A stretch of DNA of 63,896 nucleotides, the filler included, from Octopus bimaculoides (taxonomy: Eukaryota), in the NCBI RefSeq assembly GCF_001194135.2. It is 6 parts of 5 records of this genome, joined end to end, with 100 filler letters (N's around TTAATTAATTAA, not from the genome) between each part and the next. Parts side by side here need not be neighbours in the genome. Positions count along the whole stretch, not along the records: positions 4,312 to 18,843 come from NC_069005.1; positions 18,944 to 34,545 come from NC_069005.1; 4 more parts are not named here. The stretch is one strand, 5' to 3'. Shown here one piece after another: positions 11,330 to 23,871 of the stretch. A program made the position numbers and the translations under genes. Numbering within the stretch: position 1 is the first letter of the stretch; every line of letters starts with the position of its first letter. A model generated the notes under the pieces. It worked only from the letters and a program-made list of their open reading frames with translations. It did not search any database and was not told where the DNA came from.

Positions 11330-12217
11330 TAGACTGAAATACCAGAGATCATACACCAGATGTTTATATACACAAACCTGTAGAATTATTTACTACTACA
11401 GAAGCTGAACGGGAAGCAGTAAGAATTGATTACATCAACATTGAAGAAAAGGATTTAATTCTAGCAATAGATGACAAACACGCAAACTGCTGGCCCTGAT
11501 GGATTCCCAGCAATCCTCCTCAAGCCATGCAAAACCATTGCAGCTATTTTCTCAGAGTTTCTTCGCAAATGTTAAGCTTCCGGACAAAATAAAGGAGGGA
11601 ATAATATGCTCTATCTATAAAGGAGGAAGCAGAGCAGATGCTAAAAACTATAGACTGCTCTGACCTCACACATCAGCAAAGTCATGGAACGAATAGTCCA
11701 AAGGAAATTAATTGCTTTCTTTGAAGAGAATGACTTGCTGACTGACACCCAGCATGGTTTTCGACCAGGTAGAAGCTGCCTGATATACCTCTTGCAGCAT
11801 TACGACCGGGTGCTAAAACCCTGCGCTACCAACACAGGAAGCTCAATGAAAAGCAGATAAGATATACTGACCCTGAATCAAAATCACTGCGTGACCTGGC
11901 TATCGACATGAGTAATGATGCATCTTTGTAGGTGCACATTACTAAGCTGTTAATAAAATGCAGACATCTGGACGGGTGGATCCTTTCAACTTTCGAAACA
12001 AGACAAAGGATGCTCCTCTGGAGGACTTTCGTTCTCAGCCGTCTGGATTACTGCTTCCACCTGTGGTCACCAAACAGTCTAACGACGGAACTAGAGGTGA
12101 TCCAGTGAACTTACATAAGGAAGATCGATACAATGCGACATATCAGCTACTGCGAGACACTGAAAGAGTTAAGACTCTACTCCCTGGAGCGAAAGCGGGA
12201 AAGATATGCAATAATAT
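11330..12217 (+). mobile_element. CR1/L2-type LINE reverse transcriptase fragment (5' piece)
   Basis: Degenerate IYKGGSRADAKNYR...QHGFRPGRSCL...LYSLERKRERYAII. Confidence 0.85.
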
Positions 12218-12870
12218 AGGGCTTTCCTATAAGTAGGTTATCTCCCTTGGCTAGGCGGCGGTCCATGTAGATAATTAAACTTCCGGAGGCTACCCACGCC
12301 ATTGTTATACATCTTATTGTGGATATAAAGCAGCTTGATGATTCAGCTATCGTAGTACTCACTGTGCCTGAGTTAAAGAAATATTTAAGATTATATGGAC
12401 AGTATGTTACTGGAAGAAAGGCGGACTTGATTGAAAGGTTGAAAGGTATAAAAATTCTGTCGATATGTCAACAAAGTAAATTCATCGGACGATAAGTCTG
12501 AAGTATCGGACGATACTTCAGACAGGAATAAGCAGAAGCTTATATCTCCTCTCGGTGAAGCATTGCCTGATCTAAAGATCTTTGTAAGTTGCCGAATTTC
12601 ACAGATAATGACATAATTACCTCGTGCTACGGATGAAAGCAAAGCAACAGTTAAGGAATGGCATATTTTACCACGACAGACACGTACACAGCATCGAATA
12701 CCACGATGTGAGTGAAAGCTGCTCTCACTGTATTGTCCGGTGTCTGGTAATCCCTTCGATACCGACATCAAACCAAAAAATGAATCCTGACCACAGAGTG
12801 NNNNNNNNNNNNNNNNNNNNNNNNNNNNNNNNNNNNNNNNNNNNNNNNNNNNNNNNNNNNNGAAAGCCCT
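12218..12870 (+). mobile_element. DNA transposon remnant with SAP domain and the start of a SWIM-type module (ISL2EU-like ORF2)
   Basis: TIR AGGGCTTTC/GAAAGCCCT with an AT (or TA) duplication. SAP motif LTVPELKKYLRLYGQYVTGRKADLIERL at 12358-12441, then YLVLRMKAKQQLRNG...CIVRCLVIPS...DHRV, cut by an N gap. Confidence 0.65.
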
Positions 12871-12882
12871 ATACCTCGGATT

Positions 12883-13259
12883 GTGGAGGCGCAATGGCCC
12901 AGTGGTTAGAGCAGCGGACTCGCGGTTTCGATTCCTAGACCAGGCGTTGTGAGTGTTTATTGAGCGAAAACACCTAAAGTTCCACATGGCTCCGGCAGGG
13001 GATGGTGGCGAACCCTGCTATACTCTTTCACCCCAACTTTCTCTCGCTTTTTCATCCTGTTTCTGTTGTACCTGTATTTGAAAGGGCCAGTCTTGTCACT
13101 CTGTGTCACACTGAATCTCCCCGAGAACTATGTTAAGGGTACACGTGTCTGTGGAGTGCTCAGCCACTTGCACGTTAATTTCACGAGCAGGCTGTTCCGT
13201 TGATCGGATCAACTGGGACCCTCGACGTCGTAACCGACTGAGTGCCAACCAACCAACCG
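12883..13259 (+). mobile_element. tRNA-derived SINE, family A
   Basis: GTGGAGGCGCAATGGCCCAGTGGTTAGAGC head with A/B boxes. TSD ATATAC. Confidence 0.88.
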
Positions 13260-13600
13260 ATATACATCTGGAAAATCCTAGAAAAACTTTTTCCAAACTT
13301 TGTCATTGACACCTACACAAACGGTAAGACAGGATGCTGCAACATTGCCATCAGGATGTAGGACGAGATACTGTTTAGCTTCGCCTTCGAAGGTCTACAA
13401 CTCTTCAATATCCTTCCACAAAGCCCGACAGACTTGCATGGTGTGAATGTAGGATTTTTTCAAAACAAAACTCTATTTCCTTCTGTCAAGAGTTAGGGAT
13501 GAACCTACCTCTACTCAAGAGACACAGATGAGGGCAGCAAAATCAAATTCCCTCATCCACTAAATGTAACATATCAGCGGACCTTTAGTGAAAGTGTAGC
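13260..13600 (+). mobile_element. CR1/L2-type LINE (3' continuation)
   Basis: Resumes ATATACATCTGGAAAATCCTAGAA (IYIWKILE), rejoining the 5' piece in frame. Confidence 0.8.
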
Positions 13601-16600
13601 AAAGTAAACGGTGGTGCCCAGCATGGCACCACCGTTTACATATAATCACACCCATTTTTTTTTTCTATTAAGGGTAACTAACGGAATACATACATACATG
13701 ACAATTATAAAGCCCGCCAATTACATCAATCATTAATGAATTTATCAGAAACGATCGTACGCACTCCTGGTATGTTTCATGTTCAGAACATCGTTGTAAA
13801 TATATCACTCATCACTCCTTGTACAATATTCATCGCGCAAACCATCATCAATATAATAATTAATCAACAAAGAACTTTGCACATTTTATACGAGACCAAA
13901 GCTACGAATCAGCAACTAAAAAAGAAACAGTTACAAGATCCTCATTCATGGTGAGCTTTTTCCTGATCTTTGTTAAGTGAATGAATGAGACTCTACCGGT
14001 ATAGACGTTGCATTTTATGTTTTGGGAGTCGATTAAATATAGTTAGAAGAATCGAACATGTACGTAAATAAGGCAGAAGGAACCAGACAGGAGCGACAAG
14101 TTACGTTTACCCAATTTGCAAATAAATCATTTTGCCGAAGTGACTGCTAAGCTTAATTAAACTGAGTTAATTACCGTCTTATGGTATATTTTATGGACAT
14201 AGAACAGCCTACCTTAGTGTTTTTGTAAACATTCAGTGATTTCAAGCGTATAGTGTAAATAATATTTTATGAACCAATTAGGGAACCTGTGATTACGAAG
14301 ACTAATTACCGTTTTATAGTATATCTTATAAACATTAAAACAAAGGTTTAGAAGTTTTGCCGACGTTAGGGAATTCCAGCACGTAGTTTCAATGTCGTCC
14401 CGTTTTGTAAAGAAGATCGTTGTTTATGAACATATTCGACAATTTTATATCATTTGGGTAAATATGTACCGGTTAAATTCTAAATCTAATCTGATCGTAT
14501 TGCTTGTCCTAAAATTTGTAGAAATCGAGATTTATATCGCGCTAAAACCTTTAAATATCAAGACAGATACAGAAATACCTGTCGGTAATTAATGCTTTGA
14601 ATAGGTAAATGAGTTAAGTGTGTTTCTAAGAATAGGACAAAAGTGATTTGAATTTCGAAATCATTGAACAGTATTATAGCAAAAAAAAAAAAAATTGTTT
14701 TCTATCTTTAATTCAAATCAGTCGATCCATGATGATGCTGATTTGATATTATTTCCCATCTTCGTCACAAATCAATCACATAGGGTGATGTCGAACAATA
14801 ATCTTTTATGACAAGAATATGGAAGTTCCAGGTGATCTTTGATTATAGCGTACCACCTTCCTTGTCACACGAGTTTGTTGGTATCAGGTTATTGGTGACC
14901 GTGAAAAAAAATTTTCAACGTAGATGTCGTGCTGAAGGTGTGTTTACGTCCCCGTAACGTTCGCTGTTCGGTAAAAGAGGCTGATAGAATGAATACTAGA
15001 TTTAAGAAATAAGTCCTTAAGGCGGTGCTCGAGCATGGCCCCCAACCAAATGACTGAAACAGGTAAAAGAATAAAAGACTATCTTGCCGTTGAGAAATAT
15101 TACCTTGCATGGAAATAGGTGAGGGTTAGAACAGGAAAGACGTCCAGTCATAGAAAATTTACCTCAACAAATTTTACCTATGCTNNNNNNNNNNNNNNNN
15201 NNNNNNNNNNNNNNNNNNNNNNNNNNNNNNNNNNNNNNNNNNNNNNNNNNNNNNNNNNNNNNNNNNNNNNNNNNNNNNNNNNNNNNNNNNNNNNNNNNNN
15301 NNNNNNNNNNNNNNNNNNNNNNNNNNNNNNNNNNNNNNNNNNNNNNNNNNNNNNNNNNNNNNNNNNNNNNNNNNNNNNNNNNNNNNNNNNNNNNNNNNNN
15401 NNNNNNNNNNNNNNNNNNNNNNNNNNNNNNNNNNNNNNNNNNNNNNNNNNNNNNNNNNNNNNNNNNNNNNNNNNNNNNNNNNNNNNNNNNNNNNNNNNNN
15501 NNNNNNNNNNNNNNNNNNNNNNNNNNNNNNNNNNNNNNNNNNNNNNNNNNNNNNNNNNNNNNNNNNNNNNNNNNNNNNNNNNNNNNNNNNNNNNNNNNNN
15601 NNNNNNNNNNNNNNNNNNNNNNNNNNNNNNNNNNNNNNNNNNNNNNNNNNNNNNNNNNNNNNNNNNNNNNNNNNNNNNNNNNNNNNNNNNNNNNNNNNNN
15701 NNNNNNNNNNNNNNNNNNNNNNNNNNNNNNNNNNNNNNNNNNNNNNNNNNNNNNNNNNNNNNNNNNNNNNNNNNNNNNNNNNNNNNNNNNNNNNNNNNNN
15801 NNNNNNNNNNNNNNNNNNNNNNNNNNNNNNNNNNNNNNNNNNNNNNNNNNNNNNNNNNNNNNNNNNNNNGCACCAGAAGAGAAAAGAAAAATTAAAAATG
15901 AAATTAAAAAATAAAAATGAAGTATTCTATACAAATATTCTTCCTTTTAACTTTTACATTTTCTGTGTTTTTTTCAGTTGCTTTTACACTTATTTTGGCA
16001 GTATTTATTGGCTTGTGACATTTCTTGTAGTTCTTCATATTTCCTGGGTTCAAATCCGACCAAGGCTTCTTTCTGTTTCAGTCTACCAAATCCACTCACA
16101 AGGCTTTGATCGGCCCGAGGCTATAGTAGAAGACACTTGTCCCAGGTGCCATGCAGTGGGACTGAATCCTTAACCATGTGGTTGGGAAGCAATCTTCTTA
16201 CCACACAGCCACACCTGTGCCTAGAGTAATATATAAAAACTTGTTCATTTCTAATAAGAGGGATTTTTTCAACATTTCCAATTTCCTTGAATTTTGATGT
16301 ACAGCTCTAAACTTTTATCTTCTCCACCATATCAAGGAACACAAATTTCTTCTGGAAATTGATATTTTAACCACAATCGATGCCAGGACTGGTTGTCAAA
16401 TGATGTTGATGGGAGACAAACACAGACACATACATATATATATATATACGACGGGCTTCTTTCAGTTTCCATCTACCAAATCCACTCAAGGCTTTGGTCA
16501 GCCCAAGGATATAGTAGAAAACACTTGTCCAAGGTGCCATGCAGTGAGACTGAACCCAGAACCATGTGGTTGGTAAGCAAGCTACTTATATATATATATA

Positions 16601-18079
16601 TATCACACATGATTACATGACTAACCAGTCTATCAGATGTTGTTACACATCGCTGGTTACAATGCACTTTTGCATTGTTTTAGCCTTCAAATGACACCAC
16701 CCTGCTGGCTTGGTGAGCAGGCCAACATTCCCCTATGATTGAAGGGGGGTACTGGAGCAATGTGAAATGAAGTGTTTTGCTCAAGAACACAACACACCAC
16801 CTAGTCAGAGAACTGAACCCATGTTCTGCCGATCATGAGTGCAACAGCCTAACCATTAGGCCATACACCTTCGTGTGTGTGTGTGTGTGTGTATGTATAT
16901 ATATATATACATATATACACACAAACTGCATCCTGTCTAAACTCTCTCCTTAATTAGTTGGGCTATGACCCTCTCTGTGACTTTCATCACCTGATCCAAC
17001 AATTTACATGTGTGTGTGTTTACATACATATATATATATTTCATTATATGTATTTATTTTCTCTAAGTTAATAATTAACTTGGACAAAATAAATTGGTTA
17101 ATAGATACCAGGGTAGCAAAGATCACAAAATGACTGTGGTGTAACTCCTGTTTATGAATTCTTTTATTTCCAACATATGTTTCGAAGATTACAAATTATA
17201 CCTTCCATAGGAACANNNNNNNNNNNNNNNNNNNNNNNNNNNNNNNNNNNNNNNNNNNNNNCATTATATGTATTTATTTTCTCTAAGTTAATAATTAACT
17301 TGGACAAAATAAATTGGTTAATAGATACCAGGGTAGCAAAGATCACAAAATGACTGTGGTGTAACTCCTGTTTATGAATTCTTTTATTTCCAACATATGT
17401 TTCGAAGATTACAAATTATACCTTCCATAGGAACAGGTGATGTTGATAATGATGTAATCTTCTCTTCAGGGAAATACATAGGAACCAGCTTAACCGTAAG
17501 ACATTTTAACCGAATATATTCGATTAAAATGTCCAGCTATTTCGGAGAAGTGCATTAGTCGATTACACTGGTACTTATTTTATCGACCTCGAAAGGGTGA
17601 AAGGCGAAGTCGACCTCAGTGGGATTTGAACATAGAACATAAAAACGGACGAAATGCCTCTAAGCATTTTTTTCCCGGCGCGGTAACGACTCCGCCAACT
17701 CACCGCCTTAATTCTGCAGATAAATACTGATTTCAAATTTTGGCCCAAGGCCAGCAATTTCGAAGGAATAGGTAAGTCGATTACATCGACCCCGAAATGG
17801 CGAAAGCCCGGCCTTGGCGAAATTTGAACTCAGAACGTTAAGATGGACGAAATGAGGCTAAGTAGTTTGTCCGGTGCGGTAACGATTTTGCAAGCTAGCA
17901 GGCTTTATTATGCAGATGAATATCAAAATTGTTTAACTGCAGAATTGTTTGTGGGGGTTTATAAGGGTCTTTGAGTGGAGAAATAAAGAGAGGAAAATAA
18001 AAGAAAGACATAGGTAAGAATAGATAAAAAAAAAAAGGAAGACGAAGTAAAATGTGAAAGACAAAAGAGCGTATTGAGT

Positions 18080-18330
18080 GTAACTCTCCGGGAATTGGCG
18101 AAAGGAAACAAGAACGGCGGCGCTACCGCACAGTGACGTCACAGATTTGTGTATGACGTGAAACACAACGGACATCTGAAACGAAAACAACGAAAAGCTA
18201 AACTCTCTCATTTGACCTAAACAAACACACTAACCACTTCGATGTATGCCGCCCAGACCAAACTTCCAAGCACATAAAATGAATGCCTTTGTGGTGAGTT
18301 GCCCTAGACGACCTTAAAGGGTTTCGCTTT
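18080..18330. promoter_or_regulatory. candidate promoter (CpG-enriched, CRE and X-box-like motifs)
   Basis: TGACGTCA at 18134-18141, TGACGTG at 18154-18160 and X-box-like GTTGCCCTAGACGAC at 18298-18312, in non-repetitive CpG-rich sequence. Confidence 0.4.
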
Positions 18331-18843
18331 CCAAGCCCGGTTAAATGTCCTGTGATATATATCTGCTTTTTCTTCTCAACTCTTCTTGTACGGTGCAGTC
18401 GGTTGACGAATGTGACAAATTCTTTGGTACGTTTTGAAAAAAAAAAATCCGTGACATTTATTTAGTCAACATGTGAAAGACTAACAGATATAATCAATCT
18501 ATTTGATGATCTGTAGAACTATTTTTTTTTTTTTTTTTTTTTAATCGTTGATCTGTCTTTCTCTGAAATAACAGAGAACATCGTGAACAAATTTTTATAA
18601 AAGTTAAAACAATTATAGTGAAATAGATAAAACTGAAAGACGAGTCAAGACAAGAATGCAGTGATATTTCGTTGTTTCGACGGTATCTAGACAATAATAG
18701 CCGTAAATATTTCTCTGCTTAAAAATATTCCCCTCATCAAATAAATGGTTTGAGGTCTTAAAAATTGTATCTTTTCTTTCCCCAGTTTTATCAACGTGAT
18801 GATATATATATATATAGGCCTGTATATATAATATATGTATATA

Positions 18844-18943
18844 NNNNNNNNNNNNNNNNNNNNNNNNNNNNNNNNNNNNNNNNNNNNTTAATTAATTAAN
18901 NNNNNNNNNNNNNNNNNNNNNNNNNNNNNNNNNNNNNNNNNNN
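18844..18943. other. artificial scaffold join
   Basis: N44-TTAATTAATTAA-N44. Confidence 0.9.
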
Positions 18944-19310
18944 CTTGGCAGAATTTGAATGCAGAATGTAAACACACATGAAATTCCACAATGCATTTTG
19001 TCTGGTGTGCTAACATTCCTGCCAGCTTGCTATGTTAAGTACAATGAAAATAAGATTTTAGTCTTAAAAAATTATAGTAATCATCTACAAAAAAAAAAAG
19101 AAAAAACTAAATAAATAAAGGATATGAGTACAAACAGTATAGTAAGCAAACCCATACACACACACACACACAGTTGCAAATGCACATGTGGATAAGGATA
19201 CATGCCATAGAATGAGAGAATGGATGAAACAGAACAGGAGGAGTCGCATGGGACGGAGAGTTGCTGAAGAGGTTATAGGATGTTTAATAAAAGATTTCAG
19301 ATGAAGAACA

Positions 19311-19336
19311 CTAAAATTCGAATAATAATAATAATG
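19311..19336 (-). CDS. candidate terminal coding exon of the multi-EGF gene
   Basis: tttgttctttacttcag|CA TTA TTA TTA TTA TTC GAA TTT TAG gives (A)LLLLFEF* after a 97-bp intron. An alternative acceptor at 19311-19313 gives (V)FFI*. Confidence 0.35.
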
Positions 19337-19433
19337 CTGAAGTAAAGAACAAATGTATGGTGTATGTGTTTGACAAAAAAGAATAAAATGACCATCCTAA
19401 AATATAATTATAATCACTTATTGTTATGCCTAC

Positions 19434-19571
19434 CTGTTTGACAGTTTTTACCATCATAACCAGGGGAACATCCGCCACTTGAGCACACACCTGTCTGATG
19501 GTTACATAAGCTGTTATTTGCACAGTGGCAGAGGTTTTGACAGTTTGGGCCAAATTTAGATCCGGTACAAA
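19434..19571 (-). CDS. multi-EGF gene, EGF exon 13
   Basis: 138 bp, cag|..|gtaggc; VCTGSKFGPNCQNLCHCANNSLCNHQTGVCSSGGCSPGYDGKNCQT. Confidence 0.92.
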
Positions 19572-21693
19572 CTGTAAAAAAAACAAAAAACAAAAAAAAA
19601 ACACGTAAGACAATGATTTGAGAATTTATTTATTTTTTTTATTTTTATTTTTTTGCTTTTATCTAAAAATATAATTTCAGAACTAAAGATGTAAAACAGG
19701 AAATATACAGCTAACGTTAAAACATCTGATTGGTAAATACAAAATAATAAATGAGTAAACAATCCAAAGTCTTGGGACAATAAAAACAAAAATGAATAAT
19801 TAATCAGAACATACCGGACATCCTGACAAAACAGAAAATAACTAATTGGAATGAAAAGATATTAAGAAAACGTCCAACCCATGCTAGCATGGAAAGCGGA
19901 CGTTAAACGATGATGATGATGATGATATGACACTTTAATGGGTGGTTTGTCTTTTTAGTCGCAGTTTATAAGGAATAAATAATGGTTTTGGAAAAAAAAA
20001 AAAAAAAAAATTCAGTCACTGATTCACATCAGTTCTTTTCTCAGGCCGCGTGTCANNNNNNNNNNNNNNNNNNNNNNNNNNNNNNNNNNNNNNNNNNNNN
20101 NNNNNNNNNNNNNNNNNNNNNNNNNNNNNNNNNNNNNNNNNNNNNNNNNNNNNNNNNNNNNNNNNNNNNNNNNNNNNNNNNNNNNNNNNNNNNNNNNNNN
20201 NNNNNNNNNNNNNNNNNNNNNNNNNNNNNNNNNNNNNNNNNNNNNNNNNNNNNNNNNNNNNNNNNNNNNNNNNNNNNNNNNNNNNNNNNNNNNNNNNNNN
20301 NNNNNNNNNNNNNNNNNNNNNNNNNNNNNNNNNNNNNNNNNNNNNNNNNNNNNNNNNNNNNNNNNNNNNNNNNNCAGTAAACACACACACACACACATAA
20401 ATATCTGTAAAAGTCTAAATTTACACATACGTTTATATGTGTAAATTCACTAAATATGTGTGGTGTGTGTATATATCTATATATATATATATATATAATA
20501 ATAATAATATAAATAATAAATAGATATATGCATATATCCATACATATATGTACAAACCTAAATCTATATGTATACATACATGCATATATGGGTACAGGAC
20601 ATAAAAAAAAAAAAACGTTAAACACAATGAGAAATGAAAACATAAAAATGCAAACAGAAAACGAACTTTTTCCGAATAACGAAAAATAACAGAGAAACGA
20701 GACATTCAACATAAAGAGTATATCCCTTCGTCAGTTGTTCCTGTTCCATCTACCCTTCATTGGCCTGAAGAGTAGCTTGCACTCTATCCCTTGTTTGGAT
20801 GATTACTACTTCCGAGGTTTCATTAGGTACTTAAGTTGAAGCACCAAGTCAGTCCGGTATTATCTGCACAGCTTGAAGTAAGGTGAATTAAATCAAAATG
20901 CAGCTTATTTTGATTGTATATATATCTCTATATATATATACATATATATATATATACTCTTACTCTTTACTTGTTTCAGTCATTTGACTGCAGCCATGCT
21001 TGAGCATCAGCTTTTAGTTGAGCAAATTGACCCCCGGGACTTATTCTTTGTAAGCCTAGTACTTATTCTATTGGTCTCTTTTTGGCGAACTGCTAAGTTA
21101 CGAGGATGTAAACACACCAGCATAGGTTGTCAAGCGATGTCGGGGGGGGGGGGACAAACACAGACACACACATATATATATATACATATATGACGGGCTT
21201 CTTTCAGTTTCCGTCTCCCAAATCCACTCACAAGGCTTTGGTCAGGTATTAATGCAATATGGCTGTTTGATTATTTGATTAAATGGAACCACCTGAAATG
21301 GCTGTATTGCATTAATATGAATGTTTAATAATTGAATGCTGGGAGTTAAAATCACCATTTTTTTCCCAACATTTGTCTATTTATTAGTTAAGTCTCATAT
21401 AAAATAATCTTTTGTTTTAATCTTGGAATTAGATGGTTTTGATTTACTATCAGGTCACTTTAGTCAACTGTTTATATTTATATACTTCCACCAAATTCAC
21501 TCACAAGCTCATGCCTTGTGAATGAAGTGCCTACGGGAGAAGCTACTCACCCAAAATACACCGGCACCATAATTAAACCTATGGTCTTGAATGATAATCC
21601 ATCATCTTAGTGTGAGTTTTTATGCGGTTAGCTAATCAAACATCCATCAGTGAGGTAATTAATACAACATGAAAGATATACAGTGTCACCGAC

Positions 21694-21831
21694 CTGTTTG
21701 ACAGTTGTTGCCTTCATATCCAGCGGCACATCCTCCACTGGAGCAAACACCAGTCTCACGGCTACATCTGCTGTTGTTTGCACAATGACATGTGCTGTGG
21801 CAGTTTGGTCCGAATTTACCAGTTACACATG
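21694..21831 (-). CDS. multi-EGF gene, EGF exon 12
   Basis: 138 bp, cag|..|gtcggt; ACVTGKFGPNCHSTCHCANNSRCSRETGVCSSGGCAAGYEGNNCQT. Confidence 0.92.
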
Positions 21832-22164
21832 CTGTAGAGTAGAACATGAGCCAGTGATAATTACAATGAAATCGTAAACTACAGATGATATATTGTATGT
21901 ATTCACACACACACACACACAAACGCATACATACACACACATATATGTATGTATGTATCTAGAAAAGCATACGCAGTCAGATGGAATCTGTGCTGGCCGT
22001 TATTCATCAACTTAGCAGTAAACTCGATCGTCAGGTGTTTGGCTGATGTCATCACAGTTTTGGCCCTTAAACACAACCGTTCTGTTTGCTGGGCCCAACC
22101 TGACTGGGGTTTGGCGCCTTCCCAGTCAGACTGTCTTGTTGACTGCTAATGCATATATTATATG

Positions 22165-22410
22165 TGTTGATGATGATGATGATGATGTGTGTTGCTAGTA
22201 CCTCCTGACTGGCCTTCGTGCCGGTGGCACGTAAAAGTACCCACTACACTCTTGGAGTGGTTGGCATTAGGAAGGGCATCCAGCTGTAGAAACTCTGCCA
22301 AATCAGATTGGAGCCTGGTGTAGCCATCTGGTCCACCAGTCCTCAGTCAAATCGTCCAACCCATGCTAGCATGGAAAGCAGACGTTAAACGATGATGATG
22401 ATGATTCATA
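22165..22410 (+). mobile_element. repeat with an RTE-like 3' tail (...GGAAAGCGGACGTTAAACGATGATGAT)
   Basis: The same family occurs at about 6150-6320, 19870-19925, 24540-24810, 25915-26030, 28050-28205 and 31295-31432. Confidence 0.7.
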
Positions 22411-22688
22411 TTACAACAATCTTAGTAATGGTCTAAAATTTTGACATGGGGTGGGGGGAACAGCATTTCTTCAGGGAAGTTGGAAGCTGGTTACATCAAC
22501 CCCAGTGTATGACCAGTACTTATTTTATCAATCCAGAAAGAATGAAAGGCAAAGTAGACCATTATACAATTTGAATTCAGAACTTAATGATGGATGAAAT
22601 GCCACTAAGCAATTCTGCCAGCTTGCTACCTTCAACAATATCTCAATATACTATGTTAGCAAAACAGTAAATATGCTCAAACACTCAC

Positions 22689-22826
22689 CATTTTGACAGT
22701 TGCTGCCTTTGTAACCTGGAGCGCATCCTCCACTGGAACATGCTCCAGTCTGACGGTTACACTTGCTGCTGTCTGCGCAGTGGCATGTATTTTGACAGTT
22801 TGGTCCAAACGTATTTGTTGTGCACA
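22689..22826 (-). CDS. multi-EGF gene, EGF exon 11
   Basis: 138 bp, cag|..|gtgagt; VCTTNTFGPNCQNTCHCADSSKCNRQTGACSSGGCAPGYKGSNCQN. Confidence 0.92.
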
Positions 22827-23256
22827 CTGAAAGAGAGAAACAAAGTACGGCTTGGGATGATGCTGATGGAGAGAATCATGGGTAATGGTAGAAGTGGTCA
22901 CAAGGTGATCATAATGGTTGGTGGTGATGGTAGTTGTGGTGGCTGAGATGGTGAGGATGGTATGGATTAATAATCCCATTATACATATGTTTTTCTCCTT
23001 GTTTTCTCCGTATTCTTTCTGTTGAAGAGCGTAGCTCGAAACGTTAAAGACTTTCCGTATTCCCGAGCGTCATACTAATACATCCTTTTGTTGTTTACAC
23101 CACCTGTCCTCGTCTGTTGTTTTTTCGTACATTCTCCCTCCTATATATATATACACATACATATATATATATATATCTATATACATACATTTACATATAC
23201 ACATACGTATATATACATATATACATACATACACATATATACATGCATATATATGC

Positions 23257-23311
<55 letters not shown>

Positions 23312-23495
23312 GACATATATACATATACAAACATACATACATGCTGTACTCTTCCACCACAACTTTCTCTCACTCTTTCTTCCTGTTTCTGTTGTACCTG
23401 TAATTCAAAGGACCAGCCTTGTTACACTGTGTCACGTTGAATATCCCCTTGTGAAGCTCAATGAATATTTACAAAGTCCTGTTGTTTTCACTAAC

Positions 23496-23633
23496 CTTTT
23501 CGACAGTCATTGCCTTCATAACCTGGGGCACATCCTCCACTAGTGCATGCACCTGTCTGTGTGTGACACTTGCTGTTATCTTTACAGTGACATGTACTTT
23601 GACAGTTTGGTCCAAATTTACCTTTCACACATG
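23496..23633 (-). CDS. multi-EGF gene, EGF exon 10
   Basis: 138 bp, cag|..|gttagt; ACVKGKFGPNCQSTCHCKDNSKCHTQTGACTSGGCAPGYEGNDCRK. Confidence 0.92.
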
Positions 23634-23871
23634 CTGAAAGAGAATCACAAGACAATGGCAATTGCTTATGACAGAGTGATAGGCATTACTTATTCTCCAA
23701 ACTCAGCAAGTAAAGGAAAAAACAATAAATCAATGCTCTCCTTAAAAAGCTACCACCATGACATATTAAAATGATATCTACTTTGTTATAAAGAAACATT
23801 GCCAAAACAGTCCTAACCTTACCATATTGCCTCATACTGTATACATAATACAATAATGTCATAAAATTGTT

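Noticed and set aside
12883-12960. tRNA gene calls at SINE heads (also 27190, 33230, 52267)
   Set aside because: They have A/B boxes only and continue into SINE bodies, with no complete cloverleaf.
17042-17435. 174-bp direct repeat on both sides of an N gap (similar case at about 27349-27470)
   Set aside because: Identical copies abutting a gap are the signature of unmerged contig overlaps.
13736-17500. Scattered plus-strand exon-like segments (about 13780-13950, 14521-14586, 17430-17495)
   Set aside because: The splice signals are plausible, but the peptides are unrecognisable and cannot be chained with confidence.
9094-19434. EGF array and the acidic/WD40 exons as one gene
   Set aside because: They are separated by a scaffold join. 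The phase-1 EGF donor has no matching acceptor, and CFAP251 has its own start and promoter motif.
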